DNA of 64,000 nt from Eledone cirrhosa (taxonomy: Eukaryota): the NCBI GenBank assembly GCA_964016885.1, contig OZ024742.1:172856001-172920000 (forward strand), given 5' to 3'. This document shows positions 1 through 13,872 of the stretch, in pieces. The stretch's first letter is position 1. Every line of letters begins with the position of its first letter. Below the pieces are notes generated by a model that searched no databases, had not been told where the DNA came from, and was given only the letters and a program-made list of their open reading frames with translations. Position numbers and translations under genes: made by a program.

Positions 1-339
1 TTGAATAAAGTAGGGTGATTAATGTGGGAGCTAGAGCCGAAAAAGTGGAAATTTGAGTCTAAAAGTGGTATTTTGAATATTTAAGCGGCTGCCACGCCGA
101 CCCTGACCACAAATGCAAAATATAAAGCAATTACAGGATGTGCAATGATAAATTCTATTTTGCTTTCAAGTGTGAACGAAATCGGTGTTAAAATGTGGGA
201 GCTAGTGCCAACTATCTTATTTTTCGTTACCTAAAAAAAGGTGACCCCATATGGATCGTTATCTGCAGAATGACCCCAGAATTTCCCAGGGAAATCATCG
301 CTCACTGCCGGAAACGCACTTCTTCTACAACGGAGGAGC

Positions 340-1530
340 CTGGTCAAAGAAGTCAACAACTCCATGGGATCGTTTGACAGTGCTGACGTATGCAACTTGC
401 TTGGCCTATTTATTTTAGACATATTACGCTTTAGATTCCCGGACCTCCAGACGGTAATATACCGCGGCGAAAGACTGATCTTATCGAGCCATAAAAGTGG
501 TCACGACCTCGACCGGTTTAAAAAGGACTTAGCTTCTACCTTCAATGAGTTAGGACTTAGGATAACAGTAGTACCACCGCTCTAGCGTAGATTTCTTACA
601 CATTAATTTATACCATCGCACACACACCTACAGACCCTTCCATAAGCTAAACGAAAAACTAAATTACATTTACAAGCACTCATGCCACCCTCCTACTGTT
701 TTTAGAAACTTCGTAAATAATATCAGTACTAGAATCTCAAACCTCTACTCTAATCTTCGACAGGGCGGCACCCTACCATAACATGGCATTAGCTAACAGT
801 GGATTCTCGCAACCTATTACTTACTCTCCCACTAACAACAACAGCAATAAGAAAAGCGAGCGTAACAATAGACACACTATCTGGTTCTCTCCTGCCTTCT
901 CACTCAACGTTAAAACCAATGGAGGCAAAACATGTCTAGCCCACTTAGATAGACTTTCCCATAGGTAATAAAAATCGCTCCATCTTTAACCGACACAAAG
1001 TAAAACTAGGATACTACTGCGCTAAGAACATTAAGGACAACATCACCAACATCTCTAAGAGCAACACTCTACCAGGGTGCTCTTGCCGTAAGACCGAAGC
1101 TTGCCCCTTCAACAAGAATGTAACACACACGCTGTAGTTTATGAAGCTGTGGTCACTCGCAACTGACGAAATCAACCACATGAGCTCGAACATATGTGGT
1201 TATGGAGGAGGGCCGATTTAAGGAACGCTTCCTGAACCACTAGTCCACCTTTAGACACTCGGACATACGTTAATCTACGAAACTCACGAGCCACGTATGG
1301 TCCCACAAGGATTCAAGTATAGACTACTCCATTCAATGGAAAGCCATCACTAAGTCCAAGCCATACGCAAGGGGCAATCCGTCGTGTGGACTATATATTG
1401 ATGGACGAATAAATATTCTAAAGAGATAACGCAATAGTGATTGCCTAAACACGAGAAATGAATCCTTCACAAGTTGTCCACACGCCTGGAAACACCTCTT
1501 CCATAACTACAAAGCTCCGAATTGAATTAC
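340..1530 (+). mobile_element. Decayed, 5'-truncated Penelope-like retroelement (RT C-terminal half + GIY-YIG endonuclease)
   Basis: Frameshifted/stop-interrupted PLE motifs in order: MGSFDSADVCNLLGLFIL (364), RHTIWFSPAFSLNVKTN (~870), CSCRKTEACPF Cys linker (~1078), GRFKERFLNH (~1210), terminal SCPHAWKHLF before a stop at ~1522. Confidence 0.85.
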
Positions 1531-1692
1531 AAAAACATCCGAATTTTCTTATCAACTAGAAACTTTCGGACTTTCGCAGTTATCTCCCTCACATCTCTCG
1601 AACGCAATTTAATATTGCCTGTGTGAAGTGGTCGTTTCTGCGTATGCGCGTTCGTACGTTTGTCCTTCCTCTTCCGTATAACCATGTCCATT

Positions 1693-1731
1693 GCGACCAG
1701 AGGATCCGCTAAGGTGAAACAATTGTTTCCC
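1693..1731 (+). ncRNA. Degenerate type I hammerhead in the PLE 3' region
   Basis: CAGAGGA (vs CTGANGA)-TCCgctaaGGT-GAAA-CAATTG-TT; helix I poorly paired; ~170 bp downstream of the PLE stop. Confidence 0.5.
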
Positions 1732-1780
1732 GGTATGGTGACATAACTGTTGTGTAATCACTTATATATATATATATATA

Positions 1781-2019
1781 TAACGAAGGAAAGGTGGTAA
1801 GGAACGAGATGGACAATAACGCACAAAAGTACTCATTACTTAGGGTAGTAGAATGGGTAATAGGAACAAGTATGACCCCGAAGACAGAGCTCAATCCGTT
1901 TCGACGGCTAATTCTAGACTAAATAAGAAATTTAGCCTGGCTAAAAGGCTAAACATTCTTATTTAGTCCAGAATTAGCCGTCGAAAGGGCTTGAGCTCAG
2001 CCGCCGGGTTCATACTTGT

Positions 2020-2020
<1 letters not shown>
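1781..2020. repeat. Non-coding foldback repeat between (TA)n tracts
   Basis: Hairpin 1873-2011; homologous blocks at 9200-9347 and weaker ones at 16130-16265. Confidence 0.7.
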
Positions 2021-2076
<56 letters not shown>

Positions 2077-3198
2077 GATACATAAACACGCACTCTTTCA
2101 CACAGAAACAAACAAACGCGCATGCGCGCCCAAAATATATGTATATCCAACATTCTTATATCCAACATATTTATATCCAAGTAACGGTGTATGTGTGTAG
2201 CATGCACATTGAACCTTATAAAATCAATTCCCTAACTAGCCATATCACTTCAATACTCTCGTTGATGAAACTACACTTTACGTCCGTCCCTTTGCTTTCA
2301 CTGTATTTTTTAAATTGTTTTTCTGCTCCCACAGATAAAGATGGTCAGGTAGTGACATATAAATATAACTCAAAACGAACCTCTGACATAAAACATTCCC
2401 CACAGCATAGTTGAAGGACGTTGAGCAAGAGACAGAGAAAGGCAATACTGATCTGACAACCATGAATAAAACTTGTAGTTTATGATTATTGCTAGACTTG
2501 CCCGACGATATAATTGACTGGACAGGACACAACAATGTTAGTTCTGCAACGCCATGGACTGGTCAGGTCATGACACAGGGACCCATCTGCACAGAACGGG
2601 GAACATGAGCAGTAAAGACTGCAGACTGCCTGTGTTGGTTCTAAAAATACTAATGACAGTACACTACGAAACTTCTGCGCATGAAGGAGGCTGGATATCA
2701 CTGGGTAATCATAGCCTTTGCCAAAACGTCTAGAGTGATATATAGACATGCAACTGTACCAGTTAGGGATGATGACGGTAATGATGATAACTGAATTATT
2801 TAGTTTCCGTCATTATAGTGACTGCTTCTTACAGTTTCTAACTGATGTGTTATCCTCCACAGATGACAATCAACACACGGTACTTCCAATAACAATACGG
2901 GAAAATTGTGCCCACCTTCTTTCGATCTTTATATATTAGTATATAGGGAGCTGAAGGAGTTAAAGGAATTTAAAACCAATTTGAAGACTTCGAGAAAGGA
3001 AATTAGCCGCTCGTCAGTTCCAGCTGAACAAACAATGTTTTCATTAATTCTATCTCTTTCTAATATTATCTTCTGTCCGCAAGAAAGAGGTGGCATTTGA
3101 GATCAGAAGGCAGAGGGGCTGATAAGATAACAGAAATCATCCCGCTCCAATCCGCAGGACTGAACAGATGAAATGCCAAATTCGTCAGGGTAGGATAC

Positions 3199-3473
3199 TG
3201 TAGCAAGGTGACGCCCCCTGGTTTTTGACTTTAGTAACAGTCTATTAACTCCCCTTAGTTCTGACGTCATTAGCTAAATACTTCCTCTCTTTGACTTTGC
3301 CCCTTGACGTGACCAGACGTATTTACTGGCACGTAACATCTATATTGCACCATGCCGTCAACGAGACATTTAAACACATCCACGTTATGATAATATCTGA
3401 CACAAAAGCAAGGAGCAACAGATATAGTAACCTGTCTTGTTTATTTCACTGATTAAAAATGTTTATGTATATA
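3199..3473 (+). repeat. Left arm of ~275-bp inverted repeat (LTR-like, starts TGTAG)
   Basis: Reverse complement of 6370-6657 with scattered mismatches and a small indel; part repeated directly at 6673-6842. Confidence 0.9.
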
Positions 3474-4221
3474 TAATCTTCGAGGTATGTCCTTTTTTTT
3501 AATCGTTTGTTACACATACACCTACAACAACCTATAGAAGAGATGTTCATTCAACTAAGCTAGGGAAATGAACTACCCCTCTAAATTGTTGAACAACGCA
3601 TCTTCTAAATTGGTGACCTTCCCCTCTAAAGTGGTTGACCCCTAACGTCGAACACTATAAAATGGCAACCTTCTGATAAAACATGTGGTTGAACATTTAC
3701 AAACAAAACACTTATATCTTCTGTTATACTATTCTCTGAACAGTGAATATATATATATTAAAAAAAAAAAAAGAAGATTGCCAGCATTTTTGAACAGTTT
3801 TTTAAGCAGACAAAACAAAAAAAAAACGAATTCTTATTTTTTGTAATGGCCGATCATGTTCCCGACTATTCTCTTTCTCCTTCGGAATACGACCATCTGA
3901 TTGGATGCGGCGCATCACGTGATGCCGTCTTTTCCCGACCTTAACTAAGCAGCATGGTACGCTGTCGCCATATTTTTTTGAATGCTTCTGCCATGATGTG
4001 ATTTGACTTCTCGACTTCGGATTTTTTTTGCAAATTCGCCGGATTATTTTCCCTATTATGGACACTTGAGAACATTTATTTTCTTACTTCGGTTCTTCTG
4101 CCTTTATGGATGGTGAGCGAAATTTGTGTTGTTTTTCCGTTGTTCCAAGCATCTAGCAGGCGTTGCATTGCTTTACTTGGATATCATTTAGTGTTTTTTT
4201 TATGTGGAACTAATACATGCT

Positions 4222-4560
4222 AATGATGAGTAGTCCTCATTTACTTGCGTTTTCCGGTGATCCCAAGCTCTGGTTTGCGCAACTGGATGCATAATTTGCC
4301 GCAATAGGAATTAAAACAGAGCAGAAACTCAATGTTTTGATTAAGGGTATACCTTCGTCGCTCGCTACCACGGTCAAAGATTTAATAACGGACCCGCCAA
4401 CCGGTATTTTCTATGATTCGTTGAAGACGGAAATATTAAGGAGAAACTGCCGTTCTGCTGAGAGCAGGTTTCGTGCATTATTGGAGGACGAGTGTTTAGA
4501 CGACAGGCCGCCGTCCGAATTTTTACGCCACATTCGGGACCTCAGCGAATCGCCGATCAG
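4222..4560 (+). pseudogene. gag: Gypsy/Ty3 gag N-terminal fragment
   Basis: DPKLWFAQLDA*F...VKDLITDPP...YDSLKTEILRR...LDDRPPSEFLRHIRDL, typical metazoan Gypsy gag; one in-frame stop. Confidence 0.8.
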
Positions 4561-4584
4561 GATAGTTCATTTATCTTTCGCTTT

Positions 4585-6245
4585 GTGTTGATGATTCGGA
4601 TATTGCCGTGGGCGCAGTTTAGCAACAAAGTAGGAATAATCAACAGAAACCGTTGGAATTTTTCTCAAAATAGCTGAAACCTGCCGAAACCTGCCACAGC
4701 ATCTTTGAACCGGAGTTGTTAGCTATATACTTATCGCTGAAGCATTTTTCGCACATGCTTGAAGGTAGAACATTCACCATTTTCACTGACCACAAGCCAG
4801 TGACATTCGCCTTGCAAGCAAAATCCCGCAATTACTCGCCCAGAGACGCTAGACATCTCGACCTCATCTCTCAATTTACTAATGGTATTCAACATGTTCC
4901 GTGTTCTATGAATACAGCAGCTGACGCCCTGTCTCGTTTGCCGATTACTTCGATCTCGTCGTCCAATGACATAGATTTGAATCGCTTGGCAGTCGACCAG
5001 TCTACCTTCGAATCGTTTGATGTAACATCGTCTTAATTTGTGAATTGCAAGATGAAATACCTACCGTTATCGACCGCAGACAGACGGATCTTGTGCGACG
5101 TCTCTTTGGATGCGCCACTCCCTTTTGTTCCGTTGAACCATCGTCGAACTGTGTTTCTTGGTTTACACGGCATTTCACACCCAGGATCTTCTGCCGCAGT
5201 AAAACTCATAACGGTTAGATTCTTCTAGCCAAACATGAGAAGTGATATTACTGGTTGGTGCCGTTCCTGTGTTGCTTGCCAGAAATCGAAAGTTCACAGG
5301 CATGTTAAGAGTTGTCTATGTACTTTTAGTAACCCGGACGCTCATTTTCGCCACATTCATCTGGACATCGTGGGACCTTTGCCAATCAGTGGTGGTCTTA
5401 ACCTCATATTGACTGTTATCGATTGTTTTTCGCGATGGCCTGAAGCCACCCTCTTGAAAGCTATCACTGCTGAGACGGCAGCGCATGCCCTTGTGTCTGG
5501 ATGGATCGCTCGATATGGAGTACCAACGTCCATTACCACGGACCGTAGAAGGCAGTTTGAATCGAATCTCCTCCATGAATTAACGAAGATCATTGGCGCT
5601 AAACGCATCCAAACCACTGCATATCATCCTGCCTCTAATGGAATGGTGGAGCGCTTCCACCGACAACTAAAAGCCGCTCTACGGAATTCTCCTGACTCTA
5701 CGCATTGAAGCGAGTACCTCCCTATTGTGTTGTTGGGGTTTCGGTCAACAATAAAGGAGGAACTTGGGTTCTCCACGGCCGAATTATTATATGGTGCTCC
5801 TCTAGCGTTACCTGGGAAAATGCTTGCCCCTGTCGATCTTGCTGCACAAGATCCGCTTTCCTACGTATCCCGTCTGCGTTCTTATTTTCAGGACCTGCCG
5901 CCGATGGATACGAGGAAGCAAACTGTAAAATCTGCAGTCCCGAGGGATATTGCTTCGTGGACCCATGTGTTCGTAAGAAACGATGCTGTGAGACCACCTC
6001 TCACATAACCGTTCTCTGGACCCTACCGTGTATTAGGCTCGTTCCGATATACATTAAGAGTTCCAGAGAGATGGTTTCTATTGATCGACTCAAACGAGCG
6101 CATTTGGACACAGACGCTATCACACCTGAGCCACAAACGCCCCCGTCTTTTTCTTTCGCACACACACCAGCTTCTTCGTCCCACTCCCCATCACCAAGTT
6201 GTAAGATTTCGACCCGTTCACGTCGGAGGTTTCATTGGCCCAAAA
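4585..6245 (+). pseudogene. pol: Gypsy pol remnant: RNase H + integrase; protease and RT absent
   Basis: ELLAIYLSLKHF...FTDHKP...ADALSR (RNase H); HGISHPG...CVAC zinc motif; [36 protein letters not shown] (DDE integrase); several stops and frameshifts. Confidence 0.92.
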
Positions 6246-6369
6246 AACTGTGTTTGCAGTATATTTTTGAGCTGCAATTGTGCGGTTCTTTAATCCTGTA
6301 TCTGGACTATTTGAACTTTTAAAAATGTATTTATATTTTATTTATTCTTTTTTTCATTTTATTTTTTTT

Positions 6370-6657
6370 TATATACATAAGCATTTTTAATCAGTGAAAT
6401 AAATAGGACAGGTTACTATATCTGTTGCTCCTTGCTTTTGTGTCACATATTATCATGAAGTGGATGTGTTTAAATGTCTCGTTGACGGCATGGTGCAATA
6501 TAGATTTTACGTGCCAGTAAATATGTCTGGTCGCTTCAAGGGCGAAAGTCGAAGAGAGCAAGTCTTTAGCTACTGACGTCAGAACGTGACATCAGAACTA
6601 AGGGCAGTTAATAGACTGTTACTAAAGTGAAAAACCAGGTGGCGTCATCTTGCTACA
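6370..6657 (-). repeat. Right arm of the inverted repeat (ends CTACA)
   Basis: Reverse complement of 3199-3473; also folds back with 6673-6842. Confidence 0.9.
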
Positions 6658-6937
6658 TGGCCTCCCGCCATGACTTCCTTTCTTCGACTTTGGCCCTTGA
6701 AGCGACCAGGCGTATTTACTGGCACGTAACATTTATATTGCACCATGCGGTCAACGAGACATTTAAACACATCCATTTCATGATAATATCTGACACAAAA
6801 GCAAGGAGCAACAGTTATAGTAACCTGTCTTGTTTATTTCACATGGATGTGTATATTCATACACTCACACAAACGCATACATATACATACCACACACACA
6901 CAAACACTCAGAAACACAAATCTCTCTCTATCCCCCC

Positions 6938-6986
<49 letters not shown>

Positions 6987-8144
6987 GAGATAGAGAGATA
7001 GAGATGGGGGTTGTGTGCTAAAAGAATATATATTTATAAATATACATAAGGGGATTAAACCACGTTATACACACACAAATCATTGGTTAAATCGAGTTCT
7101 AAATTAAGAATGAATTAAAACTTTGTCGGTTTCGAAGCGTATGTTCTGAGGTCAAATCCGTCAAAAGTCTATATAAACCATGTTTAGTTGATTCTTCAAA
7201 AGAAGCTCAATACAATGGGATCACTAAACTCTTTTAAGCATATTCCTTATTACAACGTATTTCAGTTATGGGTCATAGATATTAATAGGCTTCGTAGAAA
7301 AAAAAACAACACTTATTGTTGGATAGATTCTGTTTTGAATAGCTGAGCCTACACTCCTGGCTCAGGAATAAATCAGAATATCTGTGGCACTGATTTATCT
7401 GTTTGCTCTTACTCAACTCATATAGCACAAAATAACTTGTAGTCTTCAGTGCAAACGTAAAGGATTTATGGAGAACGGGAGGACTCTTATATCACATCAT
7501 GCTTGCCTCCGGGAAACCACAAGAAAAATGACTGTGCCTTGGCTGCTTTCGTACCTGTTTAATATAAATAGATTTAGATGCATTCAATTCTCCAAAGCTA
7601 TAATTCCATAATTAAGGTTGTATTTATAATAGAAAAGCATTTAAGTTATTCATGCATTCAACAGGAAAGAAATTCCTGCTTGATTTATTGGAAAAAAGTT
7701 TTTTATTTTTGTTATATTTAACATTCTTAATTAATTAGATTAACAATACTCTATACTTAATATTTTGTGTTTTTCACACCAACAAAAGAAAGTAGGGTGT
7801 TGTAATTCTCATTTAGTTCGTTCTTTCTATCATTACAAACAGTATTATCATATTTGTAGTTAATGAACGATAAATAGTAGCAATATTATGAGTCTTGGAG
7901 GCATGTATGTTGTATCTCCTCCGAGAAATTTAATTAAAATTTAATCAAGCTGTTCTATTGATTAGCACATTACACATCATATCATAGAACAGTTTGATGT
8001 TAGTTTAACTGAGGAGTTGGGTTGTATGAACCAAACGGAGCCTACATAAACATACACATCCATAAACAACCATACTCTCACCTATATACATATATATATG
8101 TCCGTGAATGAATATTGATATATTCATATATATATTCAAATATA

Positions 8145-8215
<71 letters not shown>

Positions 8216-8269
8216 TAGGTTTACATATACATAAACTAGACAGAGTCATAGATATATATATTTCTATAT

Positions 8270-9140
8270 ATGTGTTTTTGCCAAACATTCACGGTGTGGC
8301 TCAATGACGAATTAGTTAATTAAATAATCAACAATCAGAGCGATATATAAGAAAGTAAGTCCATAGAATCAATTGATAAAATATATACAGTATTTCATTT
8401 CCCAATCAACATCATTAACCACACAAAAAATCAATTAAACGGGGCTATAAGTTTATAATGTACCTATGAAGAAACAATAGATAAATAAATGATAGCTATT
8501 TTATCCGCGATCAACAACCACAGAAAATGAACCTAGTATGTCTAATAGCCCGTATAAATTGATTTGATATATAGCCAACCATACATAATTAGGTACAAAA
8601 TCAAAGTTAGAAGATAAAATGTACATAAACATACAACAATTATGTTTCTACCCCATGAGGTTTCATTCGCATTTTGGAAATACCCCACCATGGATAAATT
8701 CACGAGTTACGAAATCATCAGGAAACAAACTCAGTTGGACAAAGATTTTTCTTAAATGATCCCCGCCAAAAACGAATTCAAAATGACTAAGAACCGTCAC
8801 ATGGCCAGTACTTTCTAGCAACCAGCCTACTGGCCGTCAAGCACCAATCACAAGCTTTCTGACTTGACCACTGGCCATTTTGGTATGTTTATGTACATTT
8901 TTTCTTCTAACTTTGATTTTGTACCTAATTGTGTATGGTTGGCTATATGTCTAATCAATTTCTATGGGCTATTAGAAATACTAGGTAAATCTTCTGTGGC
9001 TGTTGTTCGCGGATAAAATAGCTATCATTTATTTATCTATTGTTTCTTCATAGGTACCTTTTAAATTTATAGCCTCGTTTAATTGATTTTTTTGTGTGGT
9101 TAATTATGCTGATTGGGAGGAGAAATACTGTATATATTTT
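8270..9140 (-). mobile_element. ORF-less hammerhead-bearing foldback element (family B)
   Basis: Diverged inverted arms 8377-8634 / 8883-9140 with a hammerhead in the loop; shares blocks (tgtggctcaatga, attcaaaatg-ctaagaa-cgt) with 22539-23510; near (TA)n on both sides. Confidence 0.7.
8644..8726 (-). ncRNA. Type I hammerhead ribozyme, intact core
   Basis: GTTTC-CTGATGA-TTTCGTA...TGCGAAT-GAAA-CCTCATGGGG-TA-GAAAC: 5-bp helix I, long helix II, near-palindromic helix III, GUA cleavage triplet. Confidence 0.85.
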
Positions 9141-9371
9141 ATGAAATGTTTCTATGGACTTACTTTCTTATATATATATATATATATATATATTTGTATA
9201 GGAACAGGTTCAGGACCCCGACGGCAGAGCTCAAGCCGTTTCGACGGCTATTTCAGGACAGAGTCATATTACCGACTCTACTACCTAAAGTATTGTTTAC
9301 TCTGGTGCGTTATAGTCCAGCTGGTTACTTGCCACACTTCCTTCGTTATATACATATATATATATATATAT

Positions 9372-10564
<1,193 letters not shown>

Positions 10565-10602
10565 GAGATTACAATAATCAAAGTTCAGTTTAAATCATTT
10601 AT

Positions 10603-10651
10603 TTGCTTACAATTGTTTCCTCCAAACCGAGGTTTGGATTCTTCGGAGCAA
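10603..10651 (-). ncRNA. Type I hammerhead (U4C variant)
   Basis: TTGCT-CCGAAGA-ATCCAAACctcgGTTTGGAG-GAAA-CAATTG-TA-AGCAA. Confidence 0.75.
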
Positions 10652-12356
10652 CTATTTAGTGATCTATATCATATTTGACCTCCTTTTCAACACAGGAGAC
10701 ATATAAAAACATATGCACATATTGATCCACAGTGGGATGACATCCATCAAAATGATATAGCATGGCAATTTACATATAAAGGTTACAGGATAAAGCTAAA
10801 AATAAAAATAAAAATAAAAATAAAAATAAAAATAAAAATAAAAATAAAAATAAAAATAAAAATAAAAATAAAAATAAAAATAAAAATAAAGCATTGGCAG
10901 TCTATGAATATAAAGCAAGAGGAAAGTTTAGAGTAGTCAGTGTATGAAACAATCTCACGTGTAGCATGCACGCGTGTCTTATTTATACAGGATTAGATTG
11001 CGTCAGAATGTTACTTGCATTGTCAGGCAGTTGAAGCAGGCAATCGATATTATTATGTGGGCTGAATTATTAAATCATTTTTTCGCATACACCGGTATGA
11101 TATACAGTCCCGAATGTGGAGAAACACCAAAATATCAAAAATCCCCAACATATTATAACATATATTATATCGTAGGCAAAACAGTACCACTGTCTTCGCG
11201 CACACCACCACTCACACAATCCATGAGACGCAATATATAGACCACCGGTCTATCATATAATTCACGATGGTTCGGCATATAACCAAGTTATAAACCGTAT
11301 CTTGTCGATTCTTAATTAATAGATCATGTTGTTTAGTTTTGTGTGATGATACTATATTCCGGAAGTGTGTGTATGACCACGGGGAATTAATGCGTAAGGG
11401 GAGGAAACTAGCTGGTTTACTTAGTTAAATTTATTATCCTAAATTACATTAATGGTGTTCCAAATAAGTGCCTATCATATGCTGTTATAACTAATTTCTA
11501 GATTATGTTACTTATCTATAGGTTACGGTGTTGTCTATTAAGAAGTACTAAAGGTGTATATATCAGGATGATTACCTTCTATTAAGGGGTGTCATATCTG
11601 AACATTCTATAAGAAGAGTCAGACCCCCAAATCAATGTTATTTGTAAGTGTAATTCCTCCCGCAGGACCTGGCATGGTCCTATTATTATATATGACTCCC
11701 GGTAAGCTCTGGGTCATTGTATGTCTGAATCTTTGGTAAATCTGAATGTCTCCAGGGTGGACTGGAGATCAAATCTCTCATATAAAGACACCAGTCTGGC
11801 CATCAAGCAATAGATAAACTCCCATCTCATATATAAATTATATAAATTTAATTAGGTATCTTATCTACAAATTAGACTGGAGTCTATCAATAAGTACCAA
11901 AGGAGTTCATATCATGAAGATTACAATCTGGAGATCAAATCTCTCATACAAAGACACCAGTCTGTCCTCCAAGCAATACCTAAACTCCCATCTCATATAT
12001 AAATTAAATTAGGTATCTTTTCTACAAATTAGAGTGGAGTCTATTAATAAGTACTACATTCTGACGCACTCTAATCCTGTATAAATAAGACACGCGTGCA
12101 TGCTACACGTGAGATTGTTTCATACACTGACTACTCTAAAGTTTCCTCTTGCTTTATCTTCATAGACTGCCAATGCTTCATTTTTATTTTTATTTTTATT
12201 TTTATTTTTTATCTTTATCCTTTAACCTTTATATGTAAATTGCCATGCTATATCATTTTGATGGATGTCATCCCACTGTGGATCAATATGTGCATATGAT
12301 TTTATATGTCTCTTGTGTTGAAAAGGAGGTCAAGTATGTTATAGATCACTAAATAG

Positions 12357-12405
12357 TTGCTCCGAAGAATCCAAACCTCGGTCTGGAGGAAACAATTGTA
12401 AGCAA
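12357..12405 (+). ncRNA. Type I hammerhead (U4C variant), mirror copy
   Basis: TTGCT-CCGAAGA-ATCCAAACCTCGGTCTGGAG-GAAA-CAATTG-TA-AGCAA. Confidence 0.75.
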
Positions 12406-12724
12406 ATAAATGATTTAAACTGAACTCTGATTATTGTAATCTCTATATAACTGCTCTGTAAAACAACCGATGTTATTACATTGAGCTATTTATCTTACCG
12501 GTAATAAGATAGTAATTAATGACTATCTTTCACTATTTAGGGGTTGTATAAAAAATATATAACCATAAAAGGTGTTATTACATACATAACCATAGATAGT
12601 ATCCTTAATACTATATATATGTGTATGTATTTGTGTAAAAGTTAAACAGGAATAACAACACAATCGGTACAATATATGGAAGGGATATATTAGGTTAATG
12701 CTTGATATAGCAGGAAGAGGGTAT

Positions 12725-12756
12725 TAACGTTTTGAACGCTAGTTCTTCATCAGAAG
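12725..12756 (-). ncRNA. Degenerate minimal hammerhead
   Basis: CTGATGA-AGAACtagcGTTC-AAAA(GAAA mutated)-CG-TT; helix I weak. Confidence 0.5.
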
Positions 12757-12965
12757 AAAGAATGACAAATAAGATAGATTGAGGGGACGAGCGGGATGGA
12801 ATTGGAGAATATGTCTTTAAATAAAAACAACAGGTCCATTCATTTTGACATCTCTTGCAAAACTGTTGGTGCTGCCGTTTTGACTATGACTTATTTTTTA
12901 GAATACCTGAAATGGAAAAAGAACCGTCTACCTGAAATGGAAAGAAAACCGTTATACACACACAC

Positions 12966-13003
<38 letters not shown>

Positions 13004-13292
13004 GCATACATACACCCACACACATACACACATACACACCCACACACACGCACACAGACACACACATATATAGATAGATACAGTTATACGTGGGGAGGCT
13101 CATATTGTTATAATATTGCCAGAAATAATAGCAATACTTGTTTCGACACACGATTTCATATCAAAAACCGTGCACAGAGATTTGGCCAGACCTACCATCT
13201 ACATTAACAACACATTGATAATAACACTGACGCAACATCTTCAGCAGAAGACGATTAACAGCCTTCTCACCTACGTTTATGAACAGGAAATA

Positions 13293-13872
13293 ATAATTGT
13301 TTCTACTTTTGATACAAGGCCAGCAATTATCCCAATGCATTACTGGTACGTTATTTTATCTCCCCTGTAAGGATGAAAGGCAAAGCTACCCTCGATGGGA
13401 TATGAATTCAGACTGTAAAGGGCTGTAACTTATGCTTCAAAACATGTTGTAGGACCCTCTACCGATACTGTGAAAGCAAATAATTGTTTCTACTTTAGGC
13501 ACAAGGCCAGCAATTACCCAGTGCATTACTGGTACTTTATTTTATCGACCACGTAAGGATGAAAGGCAAAGTCAACCTCGGCGGGATTTGAACTCAGATC
13601 GTAAAGGGACGTAACTATGCTGGAAAGCATGACGTCCAACCCTCTACCGATACTGCCAATCCACCGCCTATGTGAAAGCAAATAATTGTTTCTACGTTAG
13701 GCACAAGGCCAGCAATTACCCAGTGCATTACTGGTACTTTATTTTATCGACCCCGTAAGGATGAAAGGCAAAGTTAACCTTGGCGGGATTTGAACTCAGA
13801 ATGGCAAGTGCCGTAACTCTATACGTCAAAGCATGGCGTCCGACCCTCTACCGATACTGCCAATCCACCGCC
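13293..13872 (-). mobile_element. Three stacked tRNA-derived SINEs
   Basis: Copies at 13293-13470, 13480-13668 and 13682-13872; A box TGGCAGTATCGG, B box GAGTTCAAATCC, central GCCTTTCATCCTTACGGGGTCGATAAAAT, tail AGAAACAATTAT. Confidence 0.9.

Larger units (their letters stand above)
10565..12443. mobile_element. Element with ~390-445-bp terminal inverted repeats, each carrying a hammerhead; heavily decayed PLE-like interior
   Basis: 10565-11011 is the reverse complement of 12056-12443; (TAAAAA)n expanded in the left arm; minus strand near 11690-11760 gives PG..LPKI..PG-like residues; internal ~165-bp tandem duplication at 11762-12055. Confidence 0.7.

Noticed and set aside
1-250. Possible end of a DNA transposon (repeated AATGTGGGAGCTAG, terminal GGTGACCCC)
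   Set aside because: The partner end lies outside the window, so no TIR or TSD can be verified
2319-2760. Splice-acceptor-like site followed by a Cys-containing, coding-looking stretch
   Set aside because: Stops in all frames and no recognisable family
6658-6670. TGGCCTCCCG after CTACA as a primer-binding site
   Set aside because: Imperfect tRNA match, and no internal retroelement sequence follows
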